From: Octopus vulgaris
Taxonomy: Eukaryota
Assembly (NCBI GenBank): GCA_951406725.2
Contig: OX597842.1
Coordinates: 15,934,001-15,998,000 of the forward strand
Direction: 5' to 3'
Length of the DNA: 64,000 bases
Part shown: one piece after another, positions 37,602-51,357 of the stretch
Layout of the letters: each line of letters opens with the position of its first letter
How positions within the stretch are numbered: the stretch's first letter is position 1
Made by a program: the position numbers and the translations under genes
The notes under the pieces: generated by a model
Database searches by the model: none
The model's input: only the letters and a program-made list of their open reading frames with translations
What the model was told of the DNA's origin: nothing

Positions 37602-40600
37602 CTTATATAGTTATTTATTTCTATTTGTTTATTTATCTGTGTATTTATTATGTTTTCGGGATCCTCTACTGTAATTTGTCTGATTGTTGCATCTGTTCTA
37701 TGTGTGACAATATTTTAAGTTCTATGTTGTTGATTGATCCCCCGTGTTCCTGTTCGGCGTGTTGGTACAGAATCGATGAGCTTTTACCTCCTTGAGCTCT
37801 CTCCAATTTCCATTTACCCGCTCTCCTATGCTTATTGCCGTTTCCCCTACGTATGTCGTTGTCTTGTTACAGCATCGTCCATCTATACCTCTTATACTAT
37901 AGACTACATTTCTGACTTTACAGTTTGTTTGTGGGCTAAATCTACATACAGTACTGTACTTATCCGTACAGGGGGTTCTAATAAAAGGATAGGTTCTACC
38001 AATTATAGATTTGATAGTGTTGCCTGGCCTTTCAACAACCTTAATCCTTAGCTTTAGTTTGTCTAGGGTCCTTCTAAAGCGGTACGCCAGTTCACCTCCA
38101 GGGGTGGTGTCAACGAACATGACACTCTGGTATTTATGGCTATCATACCAAGAGTTGGCCTTCCCTATTTTCTTTTTTGTCTTTTCTATAGTGTTCCATG
38201 ACTTGTTCCTATAGAGTGGGCAAATCCCATTCCTATCATTACATAATATATTGTCAAATTTCTTCATGGCTCCTTTGTATACTCTGACCCTTTCTTTATG
38301 GCTGTAACCTGAGAACTGCATGCGGTGAATGAAATACTGTATGTGTCTCTTTAATTCTGTAGGCTCGCACATGCGTGACACATTTCTCATTATTCTGACG
38401 AGGTCTGCCATCAAAATATTGAATTTGGCATTGTCCGCAATGGCTGAGTTCCGGTGGATCAAGTATTTTGAGGCCATAGGTTTGGCGTAGTACGAATGAA
38501 GGATTTGGATTTTATTATTCACAATTTCTAGCCAGAGTTCAGTGTCTAGTACTGGTAGTCTATGGTTGGGGTGTTTAGTGGGGTAGTCTATTCTGATCTT
38601 AATACTCTGGTGGATGGAGTTAGCTATTTGCTGGATGCTCTCCATAGCATTAGTTTCTATTACTATATCAACAGTACTCTCTTGTGGGGGTGCCTTTACC
38701 ACTATGTTGATATCATCAACATAGCGAGAGTACATGTTTACGAGTATGGAGTTCTGTGTTAGGCGTTCTTTAAGCCTTCTGTCCCACCATACCATGAAAA
38801 TGTTGGCCACATCACCAGCGATACTAACGCCGATGGCTGCCCCCTCGTCCTGGGCATATATTTTATTGTTAAAGTTAAACGTGTGGCCTTTTAGGGTAAC
38901 TCTTATACTAGCTCCTCGTGCATGTGCGATCATTTTCTTTACCTGATGAACATTTGCGGGGCTCCGTATGGCTCTGGTCCATCCGCGCCATCTTTCTATA
39001 TGTGTCTTCCTAGCCATAGAAGCAATTTTGGGTGGTCTACCTCTTAAACATCTACTGGGGCAGAAACTACTAAGATTATGTTTATCTAGGTATTCATTGT
39101 TACAAGTCAGTCTAAGTTGGGGGCCCAGTTCCTCTGTGTTGTCATTACGGAACTCCACCTGGCTCTCGTTGATCATCTCCACTCTCTTCTCCACCGCAAA
39201 ATCTACGTCGATCAATGTGTATAGGGATACCACATCCATGCTACCCACCATACATCCTGTCAGGTTACAAGTGTTGTTGCAGTCATTGATCCTGCTGAGG
39301 ATATCTTCTGTAATGTCACAAACATCAGGTGACATCCGGATTATAAGGCGTATGATCATTGAGAGGAAGTAGGAGATTCCGTAATTGCTAGCGATATTCG
39401 CTCCACAGACTGGTCTTGTTGGTGGTCCTGCTATAGGGTCAGTGGTTACTTTATGGTCCTTGCGAAGTCCATACAGTGCCAGGATATCATTGTTCCAGGC
39501 GGCTTGGAAATTGTTTGCTGTACGTTTCTGGGGTCCCAGAACAATTGTCCACATCATCATGTGGGCGTTGAGGACCTTTTCTCTCTCCTCATGCGCCTGT
39601 AAAGTTGTTATTTTTGTATTGGCAATATGAGGTTGCATTGCCTGGATGTAGTTCGGTAAGCTGTCTATTGACATCCTGTGGGAAGGCATACCACCTCTCC
39701 GTTCCTCGTGCGCTGAATTAGCTTACGTAGGCCACAAGCAGGTTTAATCCCGAGTTGTTGGGCCTCTGTCTTATTCTGTCTCTTTATCTTAGTATATAGT
39801 CCTAAAATATGTCTAAGTTTGGTCCTAGCTATAGTGAAATGTGCTTTCATATGGTCATTAGTATGTCTTGGCATGTAGACTCTTTTGTTGAAGGGTAATG
39901 TTGTTGGATAAATCCATAAATCCGGCTCATGCAGTAAGATTTGTCACATATGTTGAAGAATTGAGTGTCAAAGGGGTGGGTATACATGTTAATGGCCTTT
40001 CTAGGGTTATTTTCATTATCGTGACTACTATTTCTCTCGTCACTGTTCCCATCATCAGCCTCACTATTATTATTGCCACCATTACCACTATCAGTATTAC
40101 CACTACTACTATTATTACTATTACCACCACAACTATCACTACTACCATCATTACTACTTCTACTGTTACCACCACCACTACTACTACCACTATTATTGTT
40201 ATTACCGTTATTCCTAATATTGCCATTATTGCTATCATTCTGATTATCGCTAGTGATATTTTCATTGTTCCTGTTTCTGGTGTATGTGTTGTTCATATTA
40301 GTGTTGGGTTTTATGTATGTTTGTTGGTCCCTGTCATTCCCTCTGTTGTGGTTGTTATTTTTGTTCCTACGAGTATTGTTATCTGTTTCAAGTCTACTGA
40401 CTCCCTGTCCAAGGATTCTGTTGCATTCAACTTTATTTTCCATCGTGACCCCCATGACATAACTTTTAATCTTGTCCACACATAGAACAGATGCAACAAT
40501 CAGACAAATTACAGGAACTACACAGATAATAAAAAATAAACCTAGCCTGAATAGGAAACTAGAATGGAACACTAGCACACACCACAACATATAACGGTAG

Positions 40601-41035
40601 AGGATCCCGAAAACAATAAATACACAGATAAATAAACAAATAGAAATAAATAACTATATAAGTTTTTTTTATTTATTATTATTATTACTAGTATTGTTGT
40701 TATACATACATACATACAAGCATATGTAGTGATAATAATAAGTGGATGTAAACACATGAACAAAATAAGAATAAATAAAAACAACAACAACAAAAACAAA
40801 CTACATGAACGTATATAAACAGAAGATACAAATATTATAGGCACCCCCACACACACAGTAAATAAACAGAGACGCACATAGAGATATAAGCATGCGCAAA
40901 TGAAGACATACAATAGAAATACAAAATGGCTGACGGTTAGTAAGGAGAGACACAAATAAGAAAGAAGAAAACAAAGGACCACTGTGCGTTCATAGGAGTG
41001 TGACGAAAGAACTCTCGCCGAAATAACATTAAGAT
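37075..41035 (-). mobile_element. Near-complete Penelope-like retroelement with inverted terminal repeats
   Basis: 655-aa ORF 37722-39689: SMDVVSLYT, GAAIG, YSRYVDD, LPVLD, VVYSI..YVGET (GIY-YIG); 37224-37712 is inverted at 40470-41035. Confidence 0.9.
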
Positions 41036-41052
41036 ATATATATATATATATA

Positions 41053-42923
41053 TCTATATATAAAACTGAAATGCGTTTTTACCGCTTGGATCGCCTTCAA
41101 TGCCACTACATCCCGTCCGATTCGCTCCAAAATTTACAGGGACATGTAGAATGCGGTGACGAAGCTCGTGGGCTACCTTAGAAATCCTTATCTTAAAAGG
41201 TGTGGTTGCTAGAGGCCATCTTCCTCACTCACGCTATTCCCTCCAATACCCTCTCACTCCTCTTCATTTACAACTTTGAAAAGTCCACTACCGTTATTTA
41301 ATGTATTCCCCTCAACTCCCTTTCACTTTCCCTTTATAACTTCGTCAGACGGCGTTCTTTGATCTATCTGCCTGCATTCATAGGGAGAATTATCATCGCC
41401 ACAATTTATGTATATGTCTTCCTCACTCACTCACTCTTTTTCCTAATGATAATTATCATCGCCACCACCACCACCAACAACAACAACACACAATACTCAC
41501 TCTATTTCACACATGTATGTGTGTGCGTATGTATCTATGTATGTGTGTGTGTGTATGTATGTGTATGTATGTGTGTGTGTATGTGTGTATGTGTGTGTAT
41601 GTATGTGTGAGTGTGTATGTATGTATGTACCTTTGCCTGTTTATGTAACGGTCTGCTATGTAGAAAATAATGAGGTTGACTCAATGGAAACACATACATA
41701 CACACACACATACATACACATATACACACATACATACACACACATACATACACATACATACACACACACATACATAGATGCAGACCTATGTTAAATGTGC
41801 TGGCAAGTTTGCATGACAACTATTTTTTTTCCTCAAATGAAAGGCGTGACCTCTAGGACAAAATTCCTCATCTTATAAAATGTGGCTCCAGTACACCCGA
41901 ATGAAATCGCGTTATATTAACCAAAATGTGAAAAGGGGTCTAAATGGGGTTGGACGGGGATTAAAATTTAAAGGAGCGGGTGTTTAGTAATTATCTGTTA
42001 CATGAAGCTAAAAAATTTGCGCCAGCCTTTTAATCGTCAATGTGAAGAAGTTTTGAATGTTTGCCATGGTGAGTCTACTGTTGTGAAAAAGAATCACTTC
42101 AAAACTTTGTGTTTAGGGATTTTCTTTTACATCAAGTTCAAAATTTTACGCCAGCCGTTAAACTGTCAAAACGTTGCTGTCCGTCGTTAAGAAATGCCAG
42201 CCATGCTGACTCTACTACCCTCAGATTCTATCCCTTCAAACTTTGGTTTCCAATATTTTATTATTTTTATTCAGCTCGCAAGTTCGTCTTTCCCTTTTAA
42301 ATGTTAGTGTTTTGCTGTCTGCCTTGAAGCAGACCTTTCCGTTGTTACTGCCTGATATTTATGATTGATCTTTCTAAATATTTTATTTCTCAACTTACTC
42401 AAGATCTTTTGTTGTTTATAAATGGGAGAGAGATAGATAAAGATAGAGAGTAAGAGAAAGCGAGGGAGAGTCCGAGAAAAAGGAAGAGTAAGAGAGTGGG
42501 GAAAGTGAGAGAGAAAGGAGAGAGAAACAAAGAGGGAGAATCATCATCATCATCATCATCATCGTTTAACGTCCGTTTTTCGTCCTAGCACGAGTTGGAC
42601 AGTTTGACCGGGGTCTGGGAAGCCAGGAGGCTGCACCAGTCTCCAGTCTGATCTGGCAGTGTTTCTACAGGTGGATGCCCTTCCTAACGCCAACCACTCT
42701 GTGAGCGTAGTGGGTGCTACTTTCGTGCCGCCGGCACAGGTGCCAGGAGGGCTGGCAACGGCCACGATCGGTTGGTGCTATTTACGTGCCACTGGCACAG
42801 AAGCCAGTCGAGGCGGCGCTGCAATCCGCCATGTTCGGATGGTACTTTTTACGTGCTGAAAGGAAGCAACTGAAAGTAACAACCAAACTCTTACCCGCGC
42901 GTAGAGCGGGTCACCTTCAGCTA

Positions 42924-42924
<1 letters not shown>
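41053..42924 (+). mobile_element. Non-autonomous Helitron
   Basis: A|TCTATATATAAAA start; 3' hairpin ACCCGC-GCGTAGA-GCGGGT followed by CTAG|T. Confidence 0.7.
42541..42855 (-). mobile_element. RTE-related SINE/LINE 3' end with (GAT)n tail, nested in the Helitron
   Basis: GGTTGGCGTTAGGAAGGGCATCC..AAAACGGACGTTAAACGATGATGAT; same family on + at 55200-55415. Confidence 0.65.
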
Positions 42925-43002
<78 letters not shown>

Positions 43003-43204
43003 TACATGTATACATACATACATATATATATGAAAATAATAGTTATCGCCATACTAATATGGCATTCTTATAAAAATACGAATAAAGCTGTCCGCTTATT
43101 AGCTCCATGAGGCCATCGCCTTAAGTTAGCTATTTGATACACAAACTGTGTCCATATAACCTTCGAACAAGGGAGGTCGGTCGCTCCACACTACTTGATC
43201 GACA

Positions 43205-43246
43205 GCTACAGACGCGTTTCGGGGTATTGCCCCTTTTCAATGCAGC
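43205..43246 (-). ncRNA. Minimal hammerhead ribozyme, U3-A8 core variant (copy 1)
   Basis: GCTGCA-TTGAAAA-GGGGcaataCCCC-GAAA-CGC-GTC-TGTAGC. Confidence 0.65.
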
Positions 43247-43566
43247 GTAGTTAGACCAGTAGGTGTCGCTTCCGACAATCTCTGTTCGAAGGTTTCATTT
43301 ACCTAGCTTCAGTGGAATACATCCACTTGTTTTCAATAATAGAAATATTAAAATTACTAAGTCTCTCTAAAAGAGATCACGGCAGCGTTCCTGGAAAATA
43401 ATAGTTATCGCCATACTAATATGGCATTCTTATAAAAATAAGAATAAAGCTGTCCGCTTATTAGCTCCATGAGGCCATCGCCTTAAGTTAGCTATTTGAT
43501 ACACAAACTGTATCCATATAACCTTCGAACAAGGGAGGTCAGTCGCTCCACACTACTTGATCGATA

Positions 43567-43608
43567 GCTACAGACGCGTTTCGGGGTATTGCCCCTTTTC
43601 AATGCAGC
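43567..43608 (-). ncRNA. Minimal hammerhead ribozyme, U3-A8 core variant (copy 2)
   Basis: Identical to 43205-43246. Confidence 0.65.
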
Positions 43609-43830
43609 GTAGTCAGACCAGTAGGTGTCGCTTCTGACAATCTCTGTTCGAAGGTTTTATTTACCTAGCTTATTAAAATTATTAAGTCTCTCTAAAAGCT
43701 AATAAGCGGACAGCTTTATTCTTATTTTTATAAGAATGCCATATTAGTATGGCGATAACTATTATTTTCCAGGAACGCTGCCGTGATCTCTTTTAGAGAG
43801 ACTTAGTAATTTTAATATTTCTATCATATA

Positions 43831-43884
<54 letters not shown>

Positions 43885-44204
43885 TACATACATACATATA
43901 TATAAATATATGTATGTATGTATGTTTGCCATTTCAGTGGACTGAAGCAACATGAAATGAAGTGTCTTGCTCAAGGACGCAAAGCTCGCTGTTGTCACAG
44001 TACTTTGTTGGAGAGGTGCGTTCTGATGTAAAACCTGCTATTTCACATAATCATTGTTCATCTAGATTCGGTCTGCCACTAGGCTCTAGTCACAGAGACT
44101 CAGAGTAGTACTCGTGTTGTACAGCCGTCTATCACTACAATCCAATGACCAATAGATATCTCTTTAAGATGAACACATTTGTCCTTTAATTTACTGAAGC
44201 TCCA

Positions 44205-44530
44205 AAGGCGGTGAGATGGCAGAAACGTTAACACGCCGGGCGAAATACTTAGCGTTATTTCGTCTGTCTTTGCGTTCTGAGGTCAACTTTGCTTTAATCC
44301 TTTCGGGGTCGATTAAATTAAGTACCAGTTGCGCACTGGGGTCGATGTAATCGACTTGATCCTTCTCTCTGCCCATGTCGGTTTCCTCTATGTTTAGCCC
44401 CGTGTGGGTAGTAAAGAAATAGGTACTTCGTCTGTCTTTGCGTTCAGAGTTCAAATTACGCCGATATTGACTTTGCCTTTCATCCTTTCAGGGTCGATAA
44501 ATTAAGCACCAGTTGCGTACTGGGGTCGAG
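44205..44530 (+). mobile_element. tRNA-derived SINE (two partial copies)
   Basis: AAGGCGGTGAGATGGCAGAAACG..GAGTTCAAAT..GGGGTCGATTAAATTAAGTACCAG. Confidence 0.75.
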
Positions 44531-44737
44531 CTATCTATCTATATGTGCCCTCTCCCAAGCGTCTGTATCTTAGTGACAAGGATCTGGTATTTTGACAGGA
44601 GGATATCCAGTTTTGTTTCGAAGGCACTTAAACCCACCCCATGTTGGCCTCTCATGTAATAATATGAACCGATACATTTTTTTTTACTGTTTTGCTATTT
44701 GCTATATTATACGTAAACTTACATAATACATACATAC

Positions 44738-44815
<78 letters not shown>

Positions 44816-45073
44816 TGTATGTATGTATGTATGTATGTATGTATGTATATATATATATATAGAGAGAGAACTTATAAAATAAGGGCAAATGAAAAATTCT
44901 AATGCTAAATATGCCGAAAAAAAAGACAAAATTGTCAATAACCATTATAATTTACGCGTCTCAAAACATGCCGATAGAAATTTCTCAAAAATTCCGTTAT
45001 AACCGTATTGGTCCCAATTTCGGGGTTAATTCATAAGAATTTTCCCTTCGTCTGGGATAAATACGTAAGACAT

Positions 45074-45504
45074 AAATGAAATAATTACTCATACCCATAG
45101 AAAAAGCAAGCACTAATCCTGAGCAGACCTAAGTACCCCAAATATATCCAAAATAGGAAAACTTCAGCACATCTCGAGACACGTGTGATTCGATCTAGAA
45201 ACTTTCACAGAGTAAGAGAATCCGGAAGTGAACACTATTAAATTTATAACTTTTTTTCGTAAAAAATTTTTTTTCAAAGGCCAGCATATCAAAAAATACC
45301 TTTAAAGGTTAAATTTATAAATAACTTAGTTATAAATTTAATAGTGTTCACATCCGGATTCTCTGACTCTGTGAGAGTTTCTAGATCTAATCACACGTGT
45401 CTCGAGATGTGCTGTAGATTTTCTATTTTGGATATTTTTGGGGTACTTAGGTCTGCTCAGGATCCAGTGTTGCTTTTCCATGGATATGAGTAAGTATTTC
45501 ATTT
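45074..45504. mobile_element. Fold-back MITE with ~180-bp inverted arms
   Basis: 45074-45250 is the imperfect reverse complement of 45329-45504. Confidence 0.75.
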
Positions 45505-47255
45505 CTCTCTCTCTCTATTACTTTTCTCTCTTTCTTTCTCTCTCTTACTTTTCTCTCTTTCTTTCTCTCTCTGTCTCCTTCACTTTTACTTTTCTCTCTT
45601 GCACCCAACATTTTTCTTTTTCGTCTCTCTTTCTCTTTTACTTTTATCTCTTTCTTTCTCTCTCTCTCTCCCTCTCTCTGTGCTTCTCTTTGCCTTTTCT
45701 CTCTTTCTCCCTCTTTCTCTTTTAATTGTCTCTCTTTCTTTGATGCCCTTTCTCTTTTCCTTTTCTCACTCTCTCCCTTTCCTCTCTCTTTCTTCTCCTC
45801 TCACACTCTCACATTTTCTTCTCTCTCTTTCTCTCTCTATGTCTCTTACTCTTTGTTCTCTCTTTATCTCTCTTTCCTTCCTCTCTTTTTATCTCTCTCT
45901 TTTCTTTTATCACTTCCTCTCTCTCTATTTCCCACTCCCTTTTCTTTCATATATTCCACTCTCTCCCTCTCTGTCTCTTTTCTCTTTCTCTCCCGCTCCT
46001 ATTCTTTTCTCATTTTCCCTCTTTCTTTCTCCCCCTCTCGTTTTCTCTTCTCTCCTTCCCCCCGCTCTTTTACCTTTCTCTCCCGCTTTCCTTTTCTCTC
46101 TTTTTCATTTCCTTTTCTTTCTTTTTCCATTCTCTCTTCTTTATCTCTCTCCTCTCTCTTTCTCTCGCTCTCTCACTTTCCTTTTCTCTCTTCCTCCCTC
46201 TCCCTCTCTTTCTCTCTTTCTCTTTGTCATTTCCTTTTTCTCTTCTTTCCCTCTTTCCCTTTCCTCCCTTTAAGGGACTCACTTTTTTCTTTTCTCTCCT
46301 CTCTTGCCTTCTCATTTTCTTTTCTCTCTTTCTCCCTCTTTCTTTTCTCTCATTCTCTTTATCCCTTTTTCGTCTCGTTATCCCTCTCTTTCTCATTTCT
46401 CTCTCTTTCAGTGTTAGTTTTTCCTCTTTCTTTCTTTCTTTCTCTCTCTCTCTCTCTCCCTTTTTCTCTCTTTATTTCTCTCAGTCCCTTTTTCTTCTCT
46501 TACCTTCCATCTTTCTCTTTTCCTCTCCCTCTTTCTCTTTTTCTATTCTCGTTCTCTCCCTCTCTGCTTATTTTCCCCTTTTTTTTATTTTCTGGTTTTC
46601 CTTCTCCCTATCTCTCTTTATCTTTTTCTTTTCTCGCTTTCTCTCTCTGTTTCCTTACTCTCTCTCTCTCTCTCTTTTTCTTTTCTTTCTTTCGCTCGTT
46701 TTCTTTGTCTATTCTCTCTTTCTCTCTCAGTTCCTCATTGTCTTTTCTCTCTTTCTTTCTCTCTTTCTTTTTCTCTTGCTCTCTCTCCTTTCTTTCTTCT
46801 CACTCTTTTGTTTTCTCTCTTCCTTTCTCTATTTCCCGTTTTCTTTTTCTCGTTCTTTCCCTTTCTTTCTTTCTTTTCTCTCTTTCTCTCTCCCTTTCTT
46901 CTTCTCTTTCTTCCTCTCGTTTTCTTTTTCTCGTTTCTTTTTCTCTCTGTCTTTTCTCACTCTCTCGCTTTTTTCTCTTTCTTTCTCCAATTTGGTTTTC
47001 TTTTTATCCCTCTTCCTCTCTCTCTTTCATTTCTCTCTTTCTTTCTCTCGTTTTCTTTTCTCTCTTTCTCTCTCGTTTTCTTTTTTCAATCTCCTTCTCT
47101 TTATCTTTTCTATCCTTTTTTCACTTTCTCTTTCTCTGTTTCTTTTCTCTTTTCGTCTTCTGTATAGTTCTCTCTCAATTTTCCTTTCCTTTCTTCTATT
47201 TTTCTATTTCTCTCTTCTTTTTTCTCTTTCTTTTTCTTTCTCTCTTCTACTTGTT
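45505..47255 (+). repeat. ~1.75 kb polypyrimidine (CT-rich) low-complexity tract
   Basis: Direct reading; explains the F/L/S ORFs. Confidence 0.95.
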
Positions 47256-47501
47256 TCAGTCATGAGACTGCGGCCATGCTGGGACTCCTCCTCGATTTGG
47301 TCTTTTATGTGTGGTACCTTTTCTGTTTGATTAGCAGCAACCTATAGCTCTCTTTTGCTTAAGGGCTAAGTAACAGGGATGCAAATACACAAACACCGGT
47401 TATCAGTTAGATACACTAACATAGATACACATGCAAACACACACACACACAACCTCCACTCAAAATTACACACACATCTGCTTGGCAGTATACACACACA
47501 T

Positions 47502-47535
<34 letters not shown>

Positions 47536-48762
47536 GAGTTAATAACACCTGTAAGTATATGTTTTATCTATTCCCCAAAGGGAATGGAGCCTTGTCCAGG
47601 AGAAACCAATGTCGTCAGACGTTATCCTCGTTCATCGGATGTTTCGACCCTGAACCTTAACACCCTACTGTTGGTGGGTCAACAGAGGTGGCCAATTCAC
47701 TGCTCCTCAACTCCTCAAGCCTTCCAGCGTTAATCTTCTCTCTTACACCAAAGCCAGCAAAAGGCTCTTTCAGTTGCCTCTCCCATCATGCGCACAGCCA
47801 CCCTTCCCTCCTTACCTCACATTCCAGTTGCTGTAAAGATCCTCCATGCCGACTGGGCAAGGAATCCCCTACAGCCAACCACGACTGGGAATATCCGTAA
47901 CTGCCATACCTTCTCCCTGCAATCCTGCGGACGGCTCTTATATCTGTCACACTTCTGTTCATGGGCCTCCTTACAACCGGCTTCCCACGTGACTCAAAGA
48001 ATTTTAATTCAGCTGGATTTCATCTCAGAACAGAGAAGGCCAGAACAATTACTGCAAACATGTCAATTGGCTACCGTGATGACCCGGTAGAACAAGCAGC
48101 AAAACCTCCCTCAACTCACACCTTACTATCATAAGAAAGAAAGGATATTGTGAATTATGTGATTATAACATTACTCTCACCGAAATGACAGGATGGTCAT
48201 GGCTAGAATGTCTTCTTGACTGGAGATCATCTGGGAGCTAAACACCAACTAGAAATAGTGCAACAGGTAGACATAGCTTCATTTCACCAACCAAACATCT
48301 AACCAGTTCAGTATGGTTGCACCTCGATGAAGTCATAAAACATCCGGGACAATATATCTGTGGCTGCAATACTGTCATTTGATCAGCTAAATGGGAGGGA
48401 TGATAGCAACAATGACAAAGCCAAAAATATCACACACGCAAAACACCACCAAGATATATCAAGATAACTATCGTTAATTTTAGACAGGATCAGTTTTCTC
48501 CAAATAATGTCACACCTGGGATAATTTGATATCGTCATCTAATACCGCCACACCTGAGATGTCAGTCACGTTGTCACTGTGATTTCATTCAATACAATAT
48601 TAGTCTACACTCTGCTATCATATTTTGTTATGCAACAAATCAATTTCGAATCCGCTTCTTTATTTTGTGTTCGTTTGAAATATTTCAAGAATGTTTATCC
48701 TCATTTCAAATGTTAGACAAAATACTGAATCAGGAAACTGGTAAATTGAAATCTTGTGATGC

Positions 48763-48793
<31 letters not shown>

Positions 48794-49143
48794 TGTATGT
48801 ATGTATGTATGTATGTATGTATGTATGTGTGTATGTATGTATGTATGTATGTATGTATGTATGCATGTATGTATGTATGTATGTATGTATGTATGTATGT
48901 ATGCATGTATGTATGACGTATGTATATAAGTTTGAGTATATGTATGCATATATAAGCATGTATGTATTTTCTATATGTGAAGAGAGAGACAGACAGAGAG
49001 ACAGAAAGTGACAGAGAGAGAGGGAAGGATAAGGAAAGATGAAATTAAAGAAATGAGACCACGTAAGAGTCATATACAAAATATTTATCCATGTAAATAG
49101 AAAGTAACAAAACACTGACTTTTTTCAGACGATGAAACTCCAA

Positions 49144-49192
<49 letters not shown>

Positions 49193-49525
49193 ATCCACAC
49201 AAGAAGACACAAAAAAACACAGCAACGTGAGGACGTGGAACAAATAAAGTATTATTGGACGCTCAGGAAAGAAGGGTAGATGGAGGCCTTAACGTGTCGA
49301 GCGGAGCTCTTCGTCGGAATCATAGGAGAAGGAAAGACCCCGAGAAGGGAAGACAGAGGTGGTGGTACTCACGAGGTCACATATAGATAGATAGATATAT
49401 ACACACACACACACATACACATATATATATACGCATATATGTATCTACAGATATATATGTATGTAAAACAATATATATACACACATATATATATTATGTA
49501 TGTACTTATATAACCATGTATGAAT

Positions 49526-49588
<63 letters not shown>

Positions 49589-49872
49589 CGTGTATGTGCG
49601 TATATATGTATGTATATAGGTATATGTATGTGTATATACGTATATAAGAATGTATGTACGTTTATATATATATATATGTGTGTGTGTGTGCGTATATATG
49701 TATATGTATGTGTATGTATCTATGTATATGTATGTGTATGTATTTACATATATATGCATGTATAAATATATATGTATGTACGTATACATGCATGTATATA
49801 TATATATCTTTATGTATGTACGTATATATGTATGTATGTATATATATATATGTGTGTACGTATATGTTTATG

Positions 49873-49904
<32 letters not shown>

Positions 49905-49923
49905 TATGCATGTGTATATTATT

Positions 49924-49976
<53 letters not shown>

Positions 49977-49977
49977 T

Positions 49978-50008
<31 letters not shown>

Positions 50009-51300
50009 TTAAGAGAGAAAGAGAGAGAGAGAATGTGTGTTCCGAAACAAAGCCAACCGAAGATTCGAGCTTAAATGACTATAAATGTGATGAGATGTAA
50101 AAGTCATACATCATTATAGATGTTTTGTGTCCCTTCTTTTTATTGCAGATTTATAAATTAATGGCTAGTCTCTTAATCTCTCTCTCTCTCTATCTATCTA
50201 TAAACGGCACACCAAGTTTTCAATTATTATTCACCTCTTTTTCCTTTACAAATCTACACCTTTATATAATCATTTTATTTCGTCATCTATTCTGCTGGTA
50301 ATTCCAGAGAAAGTAGCAACATTTTCTAAATTTAACAAATTATTACATAGACTATTGCTTCAAATACAATATATAAATATAACCTCTAAACATATATTTA
50401 AAATCTAATCTTTTAAGACTTCAGAGAATTTTTAAGTCTTGGAATGTCAGGATACAATTTTTGAAGTTGAAATATTCAAACATTGCCGTAATTTTATAAT
50501 CAATAAATATATTTCAAATTTAACAATTAAAATATATCAAAGATATGGTTTCTGTTGTTGAGGTTTAATTCTCGTCTTGTAATCCTATGGACTAAGACGC
50601 TTTCGCCATGACCGACCCATAACTTGTCATTGTCTAACATGTTTAATTCACGCAGCAGTTTAGAAACTCCGCTGTGCGTTAGTAATAGAGTTTATAGTAA
50701 TTCTAGACAATGTAATGGAATTCTCAGAACCCATCAATCTGATAAATAATGTTTAAGATTAAGAGAAAACAAATTTAATGCATTCCACTTTAAAATGTTA
50801 ACATAGTATAACGATGTGGAGAAAGAAATGTATGCTGTCAACCACTTTTAAAATGTTTAAACAATTCATACTGTTCCCTACAAGATGTAAATATTATTTA
50901 AATTACCAGAGCAGTTACATTTAGATGCAAAATTAAATGAATATTAAAACAGAAATCGTTTTAAAGAACGAAAGAAAAGATCAATTAAATGAGGCGTTAA
51001 ACAAATTTAGAATTTCACTTCAGAATTAGAAATTCACTGGAAACTACATACAATAGTATATAATTAGATGAATATTTTCATTTCTTTAATTTCCATCAAA
51101 TTAATTTTTTTCCGTAGTTGTAACTAGTCTATATTTGACTATAAATGTTATAGTTGTAATTTAATGCTTGTAAAATGTATTTAAAATAAATACATACATG
51201 CATACATATATACATACATGTATGCATGCATGGATTCACACATACATACATACATATATACATACATAAACACACACACACATATATATATATGTATATA

Positions 51301-51357
<57 letters not shown>

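Larger units (their letters stand above)
43031..43825. mobile_element. Penelope-type pLTR relic: 362-bp tandem duplication plus inverted partial copy
   Basis: 43031-43310 matches 43393-43670; 43697-43824 is the reverse complement of 43340-43465; flanked by (TA)n. Confidence 0.75.

Noticed and set aside
45438-47330. Long F/L/S-rich ORFs (up to 470 aa)
   Set aside because: Arise from the stop-free polypyrimidine tract
49285-49320. Hammerhead-like motif on the minus strand (CCGACGA..GACAC)
   Set aside because: Two core substitutions and a poor stem I; probably inactive
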